Under the pieces are notes generated by a model that was not told the DNA's origin, searched no databases, and saw nothing but the letters and a program-made list of their open reading frames with translations. A DNA stretch of 64,000 bases from Pseudomonadota bacterium. GTDB taxonomy: Bacteria; Pseudomonadota; Alphaproteobacteria; UBA2136; JAPKEQ01. The stretch spans positions 78,077-142,076 of the forward strand of contig JAYZXF010000017.1 of assembly GCA_036141575.1 (NCBI GenBank), in the 5' to 3' direction. Shown here one piece after another: positions 1 to 7,916 of the stretch. The position numbers were made by a program, and so were the translations under genes. Each line of letters starts with the position of its first letter. Within the stretch, counting starts at the first letter, position 1.

Positions 1-732
1 TTTATTGATCATCAATCCAGTGGTTTGCAGTCTGCTGCGTTTATTAACCATGACACAAAAAAGGTGATTATTGGTTTTGCATGCCTCAATGAGGCAAACG
101 CAACAGGCATTAAAGAAGCTTATGAAGCTGTTGGTAAAAATAGCCTCACTCAGGTAGAGATGGCGACACTTGAAGTACAGTACGCTATTGCAAACCTGAA
201 ACGTCATGCAGAAACAAAAGATTACGATATTGTGATTGCAGGGCAAAGCCTTGGCGGAAATGTGGCGAGCGGTATTGGTATGGAAGTGCTGAAACAGTTT
301 GATGGCGTTGAAATTCATAGCTATGACCCGCCAGTACTCCGTGTGAAGCCAAATTCTGCAACGCATATGGATCCATCTCTCCATAAAACATATGTGATTG
401 AAGGCAGTATTATTTCAGCAGAAGGTAGCTTTACAGACCGTGCAGGCCAGCTGCTTGGTCATGTAGATAAGGGTGCCAGTCGTGTAGGGACAGAAATTAT
501 TCTACCCGCAGCAGAATTACCAGAAGGTTCTTTAGAGTGGCGCATTGCTGAACGATTTAGAAAAGCCAACCCAATGGCGCGTTATAATGAGCATACTGCT
601 GGCTCTTTATTTGATGCTGCTTCGCGTGCCCATATTACCGGGCAAGAGCTCAAGGTCAATATCCATGAAATTGATATGGAAACAGAGCGTGATAGAGAAG
701 ACGCCATGGTAGAAATGGGTGCAAGGGGTTGA
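1..732 (+). CDS. alpha/beta-hydrolase, lipase class 3-like (5' end outside window)
   Basis: Frame is open from base 1 (FIDHQSSG...). GxSxG nucleophile elbow in 'DYDIVIAGQSLGGNVA'. The TTG at 25 has no RBS, so the true start is probably upstream of the window. Confidence 0.6.
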   Translation, partial: FIDHQSSGLQSAAFINHDTKKVIIGFACLNEANATGIKEAYEAVGKNSLTQVEMATLEVQYAIANLKRHAETKDYDIVIAGQSLGGNVASGIGMEVLKQFDGVEIHSYDPPVLRVKPNSATHMDPSLHKTYVIEGSIISAEGSFTDRAGQLLGHVDKGASRVGTEIILPAAELPEGSLEWRIAERFRKANPMARYNEHTAGSLFDAASRAHITGQELKVNIHEIDMETERDREDAMVEMGARG

Positions 733-818
733 TCGTCTAAGCAATCATTCATATACCTTTTATATAACTGTATAAGACTCTCTTCGTTCCTTTCCTTATC
801 TAAGCGAGGTAACTTCCT

Positions 819-1184
819 ATGTCTGCTATTCTTGATCGTGCTGCACAGATGAATTGGAATATTCAGGATATCAATCTGGTTGGCGCGTCCTTCAACCAGA
901 TTCAGGCTTACTGGGGCCAAGATCTTCTGGCTCATGAACACACTTTTCCTGAGCGCCCGTTCGGCTGGAACGTGCATCTGCTCAAGTATGTTTTCACGCA
1001 CAGCAACTACCACAATGCCGTGAATGCGTTGCGCTACATGGTACGCTGCGGCTTGGTTGTTGATTGCGGGAACGGCCAAATCCGCTCTGCATCTGGCAGT
1101 GCTACGCGGGATTTTCTGAACACGATGGTTGGCGCGCCGCCACCGCTTCAAGGCTCAGGCGTTCAGCCAGCACAAATGCACTAA
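819..1184 (+). CDS. hypothetical protein (121 aa)
   Basis: ATG ORF with 'gagg' about 10 nt upstream. Followed by hairpin 1196-1216. Visibly GC-richer than its flanks. Confidence 0.5.
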   Translation: MSAILDRAAQMNWNIQDINLVGASFNQIQAYWGQDLLAHEHTFPERPFGWNVHLLKYVFTHSNYHNAVNALRYMVRCGLVVDCGNGQIRSASGSATRDFLNTMVGAPPPLQGSGVQPAQMH

Positions 1185-1195
1185 CGATGCAAAAA

Positions 1196-1216
1196 GGCTC
1201 CCCCAAATGGGGAGCC
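1196..1216. terminator. bidirectional rho-independent terminator
   Basis: GGCTCCCC-caaat-GGGGAGCC between convergent genes. Confidence 0.7.
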
Positions 1217-1232
1217 TTCTGCATGTGATCGA

Positions 1233-1637
1233 TTATCCTTCTGTTTTGTGCATCTTTTGAGTGATGCTATCTTTCAGAAGTTTGTAAATTTCAGCAACCA
1301 TGCGAATGCTGATCTTTTGGTCATCAGAGCGATTGTCATTATCGCTGATGATATCTGCGCTATTTTGCCAGTGCATATGGGTTTTGCTGGTTTCATGGAG
1401 CATGCTGGCCACATCTGCGCGTTTGATTTCAAAAATAGGCGCAACGTCCAGCGGATCGCCACCTGAGAGCAAGTAAACCTCAAGGGTTTGTCTGAGTGTC
1501 AGCATGGCAGCCGCAGCGTTGGCTTGATTGCTTTCATTGCCATATTTATGGCGCCAAAGCACACGCATCAGGTCTGTTGCGCGGCGCCTTTCAATATGCA
1601 TATGCAGAGAGTTGAGCATAATTGTGGGTTGAGTCAT
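1233..1637 (-). CDS. hypothetical protein
   Basis: ORF 1233-1667. The first in-frame ATG is at 1637 (MTQPTIML...) and the codon at 1667 is TTG. The start is uncertain. Ends at the shared hairpin 1196-1216. Confidence 0.45.
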   Translation of the reverse strand: MTQPTIMLNSLHMHIERRRATDLMRVLWRHKYGNESNQANAAAAMLTLRQTLEVYLLSGGDPLDVAPIFEIKRADVASMLHETSKTHMHWQNSADIISDNDNRSDDQKISIRMVAEIYKLLKDSITQKMHKTEG

Positions 1638-1774
1638 TGGAAAGTCCGTACAATGAGGAAACGTCAAAAGAGATGTGGTGTGGGCTGAATGTAACGGCCT
1701 TTGGCTCTTGCAGCAACTTCTTTTCCTGAAAACAAAATCACCCCACGTAAAACGCAGGGTGAAAAATCGATTTT

Positions 1775-2488
1775 TTAAGGGTAGATCTGATCTCTGAAAT
1801 ATTCACGAACAATCGAGACAATTTCAGCTTTCAGGTTCCAGTAGGACTTAACCTGCGGATTGCTTTCTGCCTCTGCATGTGCACGGCAATTGCGAACCAG
1901 ATCCAGCAAGTTTGTCAGCAGTTCATTCGGCGTATCGCCAGGAACATTCATCATGTTCACCAGCTTTTCAGCGCTTCCTGCGGTGGAGATAAAGCTCTCT
2001 AGCCGTGAGCGAGCCTTCTTGAGGCTCCAAATACTGCCATCAATGTCCAGTTCAGGGTTATGACCATCCTCAAAGTGTCTGAGGAAGGTGGTCATGTATT
2101 GATCCTGCATCTGGGTGCTTTCAGGCTCTTTATCGGCATTCTCATCAAAGATGGTAATGGTAAAGCCAAGCACCATACCCAGATCCACAAGGTCTTGGAT
2201 AATGGTATTGCACACCTTCAGGTTTTGCGTATCGCCCATATAGGCAAGTGCCATTTGCTTTTCCAGCATCAGGCTGAGAGAACCATACAGAAAATTCACA
2301 GCATCAGGGTCACCAGCAAACGGGTTGGTTTCGCCTTTTTCATGGCTTGCGACCAGTGTGTCCAGCGCCTTTCTTGCAGATTGGCGTTTCAAGGACGCGG
2401 TACCCATTTGATCGTGGTAGAACTCTATGGCAGCATCGCCAAGGCGTTCAAAAACCAAGTTTGTCAGTTCAAAGAGGTTTTGAGACAT
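1775..2488 (-). CDS. hypothetical acidic helical protein (237 aa)
   Basis: ATG at 2488 with 'gaaagg' upstream. Lies 11 nt after the stop of gene 2500-2877, so probably the same operon. Hairpin plus T-run downstream. Confidence 0.6.
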   Translation of the reverse strand: MSQNLFELTNLVFERLGDAAIEFYHDQMGTASLKRQSARKALDTLVASHEKGETNPFAGDPDAVNFLYGSLSLMLEKQMALAYMGDTQNLKVCNTIIQDLVDLGMVLGFTITIFDENADKEPESTQMQDQYMTTFLRHFEDGHNPELDIDGSIWSLKKARSRLESFISTAGSAEKLVNMMNVPGDTPNELLTNLLDLVRNCRAHAEAESNPQVKSYWNLKAEIVSIVREYFRDQIYP

Positions 2489-2499
2489 CTGAAAACCTT

Positions 2500-2877
2500 T
2501 CAGGAAGGATCAAAGATAGAGGAAAGGCGGCATGATTCATCATAGTAATCACACAGCTTTTTAAAGAAGCTTAGCAGCTTGTTATAGAGAGACTCGCCAC
2601 AGGTTCCCGGAGGGGGGAGCACTTTGAGTGTTTCACCAATCACTTGGACCATAAGCCCGATGCGTTCAATGTTGGTTCGGAACTCATCGTCTTTTTCAAA
2701 CATATGCTCAAACGCAGGATGTTTGGCTTTCAGTGCAAGCGCTTTATCCATTTTTACAATGGCCAAGTCCAGTTTCAAGCTCGCAACGCTAAAATCCTCA
2801 GCTTTGATGAGGGTGAGTGACTCTCCCCAGAGTTCAATAGACTCTGCAGCAATAGCCATAATGTCAGTGGTTGACAT
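2500..2877 (-). CDS. hypothetical protein (125 aa)
   Basis: ORF 2500-2889. The ATG at 2877 has GAGG 7 nt upstream and the ATG at 2889 has none. Promoter-like TTGACG-17-TAGGGT at 2928-2956. Confidence 0.55.
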   Translation of the reverse strand: MSTTDIMAIAAESIELWGESLTLIKAEDFSVASLKLDLAIVKMDKALALKAKHPAFEHMFEKDDEFRTNIERIGLMVQVIGETLKVLPPPGTCGESLYNKLLSFFKKLCDYYDESCRLSSIFDPS

Positions 2878-2927
2878 GGTGGGCCTCATAAGTTGGAGAA
2901 AAAGAAAAACAGATATTGAATAAAGCC

Positions 2928-2956
2928 ACCCTACGAGTGGAAAATGTATACGTCAA
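2928..2956 (-). promoter_or_regulatory. shared promoter-like motif TTGACGTATAC-N-TAGGGT
   Basis: On the minus strand: TTGACG (2951-2956), 17-nt spacer, TAGGGT (2928-2933). Upstream of 2500-2877. Confidence 0.45.
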
Positions 2957-2963
2957 ATGAAAA

Positions 2964-2985
2964 GCAGCCCTTGAAAAAGGGCTGC
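2964..2985 (-). terminator. rho-independent terminator
   Basis: GCAGCCCTT-gaaa-AAGGGCTGC, A/T-flanked. Confidence 0.75.
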
Positions 2986-2999
2986 TTCGAAAAATCGAT

Positions 3000-3419
3000 T
3001 TATTTGCCTCCAGGGTTCAGCAGACCAGTCAGAAAGTTTTCAAAAATTTTCTGTTGTTGGGCCACATAGGCCTGAGCCAGCATGCCGGCCATCACAGACA
3101 TGTTCTTCAGCTGCTGCAGTTGTGCAGAACCGAGGCCATTGGCTTTGACGGTTTTTTCGAAGTCTTCAGCGAACTCGTTCACAGCGGCTTTGGCTTCTTC
3201 AAACATTTCCAGTGGCGAACGCGGACCTTGCGCCAGAGCTTTCATCAGCTCAAGGAAGTCAACATCGTCACGCTTCAGATACTCTTCCAGCAGAGCAATC
3301 AGCTCTTCTGAGGTGGTATTGGCGGCTTCAAATTCGCCTTCGCTACCATGTTCCGTCATGCGGCGGGTTGTCTCTTGAATAGCTTCCAAAAGCTCTTCAT
3401 TTGTGCGGGTATCAGTCAT
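3000..3419 (-). CDS. hypothetical acidic helical protein (139 aa)
   Basis: ATG at 3419 preceded by GGAG. Terminator 2964-2985 directly downstream. Confidence 0.6.
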   Translation of the reverse strand: MTDTRTNEELLEAIQETTRRMTEHGSEGEFEAANTTSEELIALLEEYLKRDDVDFLELMKALAQGPRSPLEMFEEAKAAVNEFAEDFEKTVKANGLGSAQLQQLKNMSVMAGMLAQAYVAQQQKIFENFLTGLLNPGGK

Positions 3420-3449
3420 CAAACTCTCCAGTCAATGGGGTGAGGGAAA

Positions 3450-3474
3450 CAGGCTCTTACTTGTTAAGAGCCTG
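3450..3474 (-). terminator. rho-independent terminator
   Basis: CAGGCTCTTA-cttgt-TAAGAGCCTG. Confidence 0.7.
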
Positions 3475-3481
3475 AACAGAT

Positions 3482-3883
3482 TTAGCCAATGCCGTTGGCT
3501 TCCAGGAAGGCGTCGTAGTATTTGGCGCGCTCTTCAAACAGGGCTTTGGTCAAAATCACAAGCAGCTGCATGGTGCTATTAACCACCTGCAGTTCAGCTT
3601 CGCCAGCTTCGCCTCTGGCCTGCAGTTTTGCTTTTTCTTCTGCATATTCTGGCAGGAGGTATTCCAGCTGTTGCAGAACCTCAAAAGCTTCACCACTGAA
3701 AACGGTTTGTGCAAGGTTCGAGACGGTGGTATTGGGCAGAGCTACATACTCCTGACAAAGTGCAACCAAATTGGCCAGAGGCTCAATTGCGCCAGCATCA
3801 TCGTCGCGTTCTGCAGCAGCCATCATATTGGAGGCTTCCACTTGAATTTTTGCCATCAGCAGTTCAGGGGATTGTTCAGACAT
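3482..3883 (-). CDS. hypothetical acidic helical protein (133 aa)
   Basis: ATG at 3883 preceded by GGAG (spacing about 7). Terminator 3450-3474 downstream. Confidence 0.6.
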   Translation of the reverse strand: MSEQSPELLMAKIQVEASNMMAAAERDDDAGAIEPLANLVALCQEYVALPNTTVSNLAQTVFSGEAFEVLQQLEYLLPEYAEEKAKLQARGEAGEAELQVVNSTMQLLVILTKALFEERAKYYDAFLEANGIG

Positions 3884-3921
3884 AAGAATCTCCATTGTCT
3901 AAAAAAAGGGAAGGGTGATAG

Positions 3922-3950
3922 ATCAAAATCACCCCTGTTGTATACGCCAA
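3922..3950 (-). promoter_or_regulatory. related promoter-like motif TTGGCGTATAC
   Basis: On the minus strand: TTGGCGTATAC (-35 at 3945-3950), 17-nt spacer, TTTGAT (3922-3927). Upstream of 3482-3883. Confidence 0.3.
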
Positions 3951-4029
3951 GGTGTTGCATTGTCAAACTTAAATGGGAAATGAAAAACAAAAAAGCTCCC
4001 CAAATTGGGAAGCTTTGCTTTCGAGTGAT

Positions 4030-4263
4030 TTAGAAGGACTGGCCAATGGCTTTGGAAAGCGTGATGGTGTTTTCAGTCTGCTGCTGGATGAGTGCTGCAG
4101 CCAGCTTGGCTGGTGGCGTTGGTGCAAAGTTCACCATCAGGGCACTGCATTGACGCATAGGCGTAAAAACAAGTTGTTCTTGCGCTTGCCGTGTTACGTT
4201 GGCGTAAGCCTGCGTGTAAGTATGCATGGCTTGAAGAGTACCCAAAGGCGTAAATAGAGTCAT
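4030..4263 (-). CDS. hypothetical small protein (77 aa)
   Basis: ATG with 'gagagg' upstream. Hairpin 3994-4014 right after the stop. Preferred over the overlapping ORFs 3973-4257(+) and 4073-4462(-). Confidence 0.45.
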   Translation of the reverse strand: MTLFTPLGTLQAMHTYTQAYANVTRQAQEQLVFTPMRQCSALMVNFAPTPPAKLAAALIQQQTENTITLSKAIGQSF

Positions 4264-4380
4264 AGAACCTCTCTGTAAAACGGTATGGTGGGTTGTTAGG
4301 AGCGCAGAAAGTAGGGGAAAGCAGGAGATCTGTCAATATATAAAAACAGCCCCCTTGCGAGAGCTGTCTTTGATTTCGAT

Positions 4381-4953
4381 TTAACCGAGGCCTTGGCCTT
4401 CTTCTGGCCAGAGGCGTGCACTGGCGCGGTCGCAGTTGCCAACATGGGCTGCAAGCGGGCAAGAGACACGGTGGGTGTTGGTGTAATCATCACCTTCACC
4501 ATGGGTATATTTCAACGCGTTCCACTCATTATCAGTCAGTTCAAAATCATAAGTTTTCATGAGCTCAAGAATGATACGCTTCTTAATGAATTCCCAATAT
4601 TTTGGAACAACATGTTGAAGCTCTGTATGCCAGTGTGCCACGCGCGGATCAGTAGGGTCTGCAAATTTGAAGATCTTCTCAATGTCATGGAAGAAAAACG
4701 TAACCGCAGCACTGCCTTTGGTAAAAGGCAGTGGACGAATCTGTTCCATGCCGTCATAGGTCACATCGTTAATGCGAAGGCCTTCTGCAATATGGTCTGC
4801 ATAGCCGCCAGGCCAAGCTTGGTGGTTATGGGTAGAGCCTGGAGCAGTATGGAAGAGGTCGTGGAAATCACGGTAAATTTGCAAGAGGACATTCTGGCGC
4901 GGATCATTGATCTGCTGAATGAGCCCTTTAAGCTTTGTGTCTAACAGAGACAT
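4381..4953 (-). CDS. HD-domain phosphohydrolase-like protein
   Basis: 'GGYADHIAEGL' followed by 'FFFHDIEKIFK', the H...HD metal-binding pattern of the HD superfamily. AAGGAG lies 6 nt before the ATG at 4953. Confidence 0.65.
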   Translation of the reverse strand: MSLLDTKLKGLIQQINDPRQNVLLQIYRDFHDLFHTAPGSTHNHQAWPGGYADHIAEGLRINDVTYDGMEQIRPLPFTKGSAAVTFFFHDIEKIFKFADPTDPRVAHWHTELQHVVPKYWEFIKKRIILELMKTYDFELTDNEWNALKYTHGEGDDYTNTHRVSCPLAAHVGNCDRASARLWPEEGQGLG

Positions 4954-5034
4954 AAGCATCTCCTTGTATAAAACGTGTTCAAAGATTGAAGAGTTCTTTT
5001 TTTATATCGTGGCTTTAAACATGTGGCAATGAAA

Positions 5035-5058
5035 AAGCCCCTTTATAGGAAGGGGCTT
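5035..5058 (-). terminator. rho-independent terminator
   Basis: AAGCCCCTT-tatagg-AAGGGGCTT. Confidence 0.75.
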
Positions 5059-5107
5059 TATCTCGATTTAGCAGTACTGCGTATGGTCTCCTAAGGTAAG
5101 GGTGGGG

Positions 5108-5461
5108 TTAGCCGCGGGCCAGCTCAAGGAACGTGCGCATGGCTTCTGCCAGCGGGTTCAAACCAATCAGAGCACCAGGGTTCTCAGTTTTGGTTCTTTC
5201 AATCAGATCCTCAAGGCCTTTCAGGCCTTTTTCGCCGGTTGCCAAGGCATGTGCTGGCATACCAATCATAGTGGCAATCTCTTCAGCGCTCACTTCACCG
5301 CGGACAATCATGTTTTTCACTTCGGAAAACAGGCCAAGGGCGGCTTCTGCAGTTGCAGTGAGCATAGCAAGATTATCGGCTTTGAGTGCTTTACTGGCTT
5401 CACGTACAGCCATTTGGGCTGCACCAAGAAAGTTTTCAGCTTTAGCAAGATTCATATTCAT
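5108..5461 (-). CDS. hypothetical helical protein (117 aa)
   Basis: ATG at 5461 with GGAG upstream. Promoter-like TTGACG-17-TAGGGT at 5516-5544. Terminator 5035-5058. Confidence 0.6.
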   Translation of the reverse strand: MNMNLAKAENFLGAAQMAVREASKALKADNLAMLTATAEAALGLFSEVKNMIVRGEVSAEEIATMIGMPAHALATGEKGLKGLEDLIERTKTENPGALIGLNPLAEAMRTFLELARG

Positions 5462-5515
5462 AGGAATATCTCCTGAGAAAAAAGGAAAAAGAAACAGATT
5501 TATAAAACAGAGCTG

Positions 5516-5544
5516 ACCCTACGGGGCAGAGTCGTATACGTCAA
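5516..5544 (-). promoter_or_regulatory. shared promoter-like motif TTGACGTATAC-N-TAGGGT
   Basis: On the minus strand: TTGACG (5539-5544), 17-nt spacer, TAGGGT (5516-5521). Upstream of 5108-5461. Confidence 0.45.
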
Positions 5545-5576
5545 GCGTAATGCTGAAACTTGAAGATGATCAAAAT

Positions 5577-5603
5577 AATACCCAGCCATATAGGCTGGGT
5601 ATT
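5577..5603 (-). terminator. rho-independent terminator after the RbcS-like gene
   Basis: AATACCCAGCC-atata-GGCTGGGTATT. Confidence 0.75.
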
Positions 5604-5636
5604 TCAAGCTTAAGCTTTATTCCAAGAGATATGAAG

Positions 5637-5951
5637 TTAGTTCATTTCCAGTGGAATTTTCACAAGGAAGCTCTGACCGTATGTTTTCTTCTTCGGATCA
5701 AATCCGCTGAGTTTAACGTACGAGTACGGGAAGCGACGGCTGCAAGCATCAACCTGCGTCATCACCCAGCTCGCGCTGACTTCTTTGTGCTCTGGAATTG
5801 GCCAGATTTTCCAGTACACCTCTTCAGGTGTTGGTGCATCTGAGAACTCAATCATTGGCACTTGGCCTTCTGCAAGCATGTTTTGTGCTTGCATGTGCAC
5901 TTGGTTACTCGTCAGAGGCGGTAGGAATGAAAATGTTTCAAAACGTCTCAT
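5637..5951 (-). CDS. RuBisCO small-subunit-like protein (RbcS/CbbS family)
   Basis: 'RRFETFSFLPPL', 'YWKIWPIP', 'YVKLSGFD' and 'SFLV' match hallmark small-subunit motifs. Lies 15 nt downstream of the RbcL-like gene. Terminator 5577-5603. Confidence 0.85.
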   Translation of the reverse strand: MRRFETFSFLPPLTSNQVHMQAQNMLAEGQVPMIEFSDAPTPEEVYWKIWPIPEHKEVSASWVMTQVDACSRRFPYSYVKLSGFDPKKKTYGQSFLVKIPLEMN

Positions 5952-5966
5952 TGTTTTTATCCTTTC

Positions 5967-7670
5967 TTAGTCATCCAAACCTGGACGAGTGTCATCAGTT
6001 ACGGGTTTCAGTGGGGTTACAACTTTTGGCGCTGTTGTTGTTTCTTCAATCTTAGCACCTGTTGCTGCGTCACCTTTCACAACACCAAACAGGAAGGCTC
6101 CTTCGTTCCAGAATTCTAGAGCGGCTTTCAGTTCGCTGTTGTAGCGGGCTGCACGTTGTAGAATTGTACGACCGTCAACACTTAGGTTATGACCTTCACC
6201 ACGGGCTTGTGCAATGGCTTCAATCGCCGTACGGCAAGCTGTTGCACCGCTGCCTAGGCCCCAAGGGTGACCCATTACTGATCCACCACACTGGATGATC
6301 ATGTCATCGCCCATTGCGTCCATCAGGCGAGGGAAGTGCCATGGGTTGTGTCCACCACCCACAGCAGGCCATACAGTGGCACCACCTACAGAGGGTTGGT
6401 CAAACATGATACCTGTTTCAACAGATGTTTTTGGTGCATCTTCAACAAGCATATCAACAATACCTTTCACGTGACGGCGGTTACCCGTATCACCACGCAG
6501 TGGACTACCGATACTTACCATGTCACAACCTGTGAAGCGAAGAAGCTTCGCAATCAGGCCTTCTGTCATTGTTGCGCTCATGAGGCTACGTCCGCCCATG
6601 GCACCAATAATCACATCGTTGTTCTGACACCAGTTCACCATGCTTGCAAGAGCACTCCAGCCGACAGCAGAGCTATCAACAATCATCATGTTGATGCCAA
6701 GCTCTTTTGCATATTCTGCACGAGCTGTCATATCTTCAACTGTTGGGGCACTAATGTTCACAGCGTGGTATTTCACTTCGCCCGTTTCTTGCTGTGCAGC
6801 AAAGGCAGCTTCAGCCACAAAACGGAAGCGACGGCGCCAGCTATTGTCTGGCAGGCTGTGCATCATGGTTGGGTCGGCAGTCATATCTACACCGCCTTTA
6901 AGTGTTTCGTACACCGCACGGCCGTACATCTTAGGTGATAGGCCGTTCATTGGGCGCATTGTGCTACTTAGCAGTGGGCGACCGTACTTGCTGGCAAGGT
7001 CACGCATACCAATCACACCGTATGAAGGTGTTTTAAATGTACGTGCAAGCCCAACAGGAATGCGGGCATCAACAATACGTGCACCTGTAGATGTAATAGG
7101 GGCACTGATCACGCTAATAAGGCTGACCATAGAGCCTGCTTCTACCATTTCTTGTGGGATGATCAGGCTTACGTTAACTGTAGAGCTATCTACGCGCTTT
7201 GTTTCAAGCAGTTTTACTTGTGGCACTGTCTCGTGGTCTACAAGAGAACCTGTCCAGCTTTCCACCCAGTCACCGTTTGCTGCGCTTACAAGAAGGTTAC
7301 CGCATTCGTTTTGGCTGAATGTTGTGTTCTCGTACTGGTAGCTAACAAGGATGTCTTGTTCTGGGTTAAAGCCTTGGTCTTCCTTACGGCGACCACGTGA
7401 GTCTGGCTTTTCATCAGTCGTTGGGGCTGCTACGGCTGCAAATGATGTCGTGCCGCCTGTTAGGCTGTCTAGCGATACACCAAGAACCGTGGCGATTTTA
7501 ACCACGTTATCTAGAGAAGGGCTTACTTGTCCGCCAAGGATGCGTGAGAGCGTTGCCATCGACACACCAGACTGGCGAGACAGGTCAGATGCAGACATGC
7601 CGTTCTTTTCCAAAATCTTTTTTAGAGCCTCAGGTAGGTTGTAAGGGCTCTCTGTTGTTTTCTTTGTCAT
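5967..7670 (-). CDS. XRE-family HTH fused to a RuBisCO large-subunit-like (non-catalytic) domain
   Basis: N-terminal Cro/C1 HTH ('MSASDLSRQSGVSMATLSRILGG'), then collinearity with Form I RbcL ('KYGRPLL', 'YGRAVYETLKGG', 'CGGSVMGHPWG'). Catalytic motifs are replaced, e.g. DFTKDDE becomes DMTADPT at 6867-6896. The ATG at 7670 has 'aaggaaa' upstream. Confidence 0.85.
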   Translation of the reverse strand: MTKKTTESPYNLPEALKKILEKNGMSASDLSRQSGVSMATLSRILGGQVSPSLDNVVKIATVLGVSLDSLTGGTTSFAAVAAPTTDEKPDSRGRRKEDQGFNPEQDILVSYQYENTTFSQNECGNLLVSAANGDWVESWTGSLVDHETVPQVKLLETKRVDSSTVNVSLIIPQEMVEAGSMVSLISVISAPITSTGARIVDARIPVGLARTFKTPSYGVIGMRDLASKYGRPLLSSTMRPMNGLSPKMYGRAVYETLKGGVDMTADPTMMHSLPDNSWRRRFRFVAEAAFAAQQETGEVKYHAVNISAPTVEDMTARAEYAKELGINMMIVDSSAVGWSALASMVNWCQNNDVIIGAMGGRSLMSATMTEGLIAKLLRFTGCDMVSIGSPLRGDTGNRRHVKGIVDMLVEDAPKTSVETGIMFDQPSVGGATVWPAVGGGHNPWHFPRLMDAMGDDMIIQCGGSVMGHPWGLGSGATACRTAIEAIAQARGEGHNLSVDGRTILQRAARYNSELKAALEFWNEGAFLFGVVKGDAATGAKIEETTTAPKVVTPLKPVTDDTRPGLDD

Positions 7671-7840
7671 TAAATTTTCCTTATATGGTAGCGAGCTACC
7701 ATTACGGTTATTCATTTACCTATTAAATGTAGTATCGCACAGGCTGTGCTTTTGCACAAATGGAAATATTGCAGATGTGGAAGAATTTCAAGGGCTGAAA
7801 TCAAAAAAATATCAAAAAAATAAAGGTGACTTTGTTTTTG

Positions 7841-7868
7841 TTGACAAATTAAAGGTGGATTGTATGCT
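7841..7868 (+). promoter_or_regulatory. sigma70-like promoter for 7917-8381
   Basis: TTGACA (7841-7846), 16-nt spacer, TATGCT (7863-7868). Confidence 0.45.
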
Positions 7869-7916
7869 GCCCTGCAACATTTATCTTCTCTTTCTTTTTC
7901 TAGGAGTACTTAATCA

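Noticed and set aside
3973-4462. Overlapping ORFs 3973-4257(+) and 4073-4462(-)
   Set aside because: They are mutually exclusive with 4030-4263(-), which alone has both an RBS and a terminator directly after its stop. The 129-aa ORF is Arg/Pro/Cys-rich and overlaps the 3' end of the HD gene.
5967-7670. Functional RuBisCO / Calvin-cycle carboxylase (cbbL-cbbS)
   Set aside because: The carbamylated Lys, the Mg ligands and the catalytic His/Lys positions are all substituted where the motifs align. There is no prk or other cbb gene nearby. I call it RuBisCO-like and non-catalytic instead.
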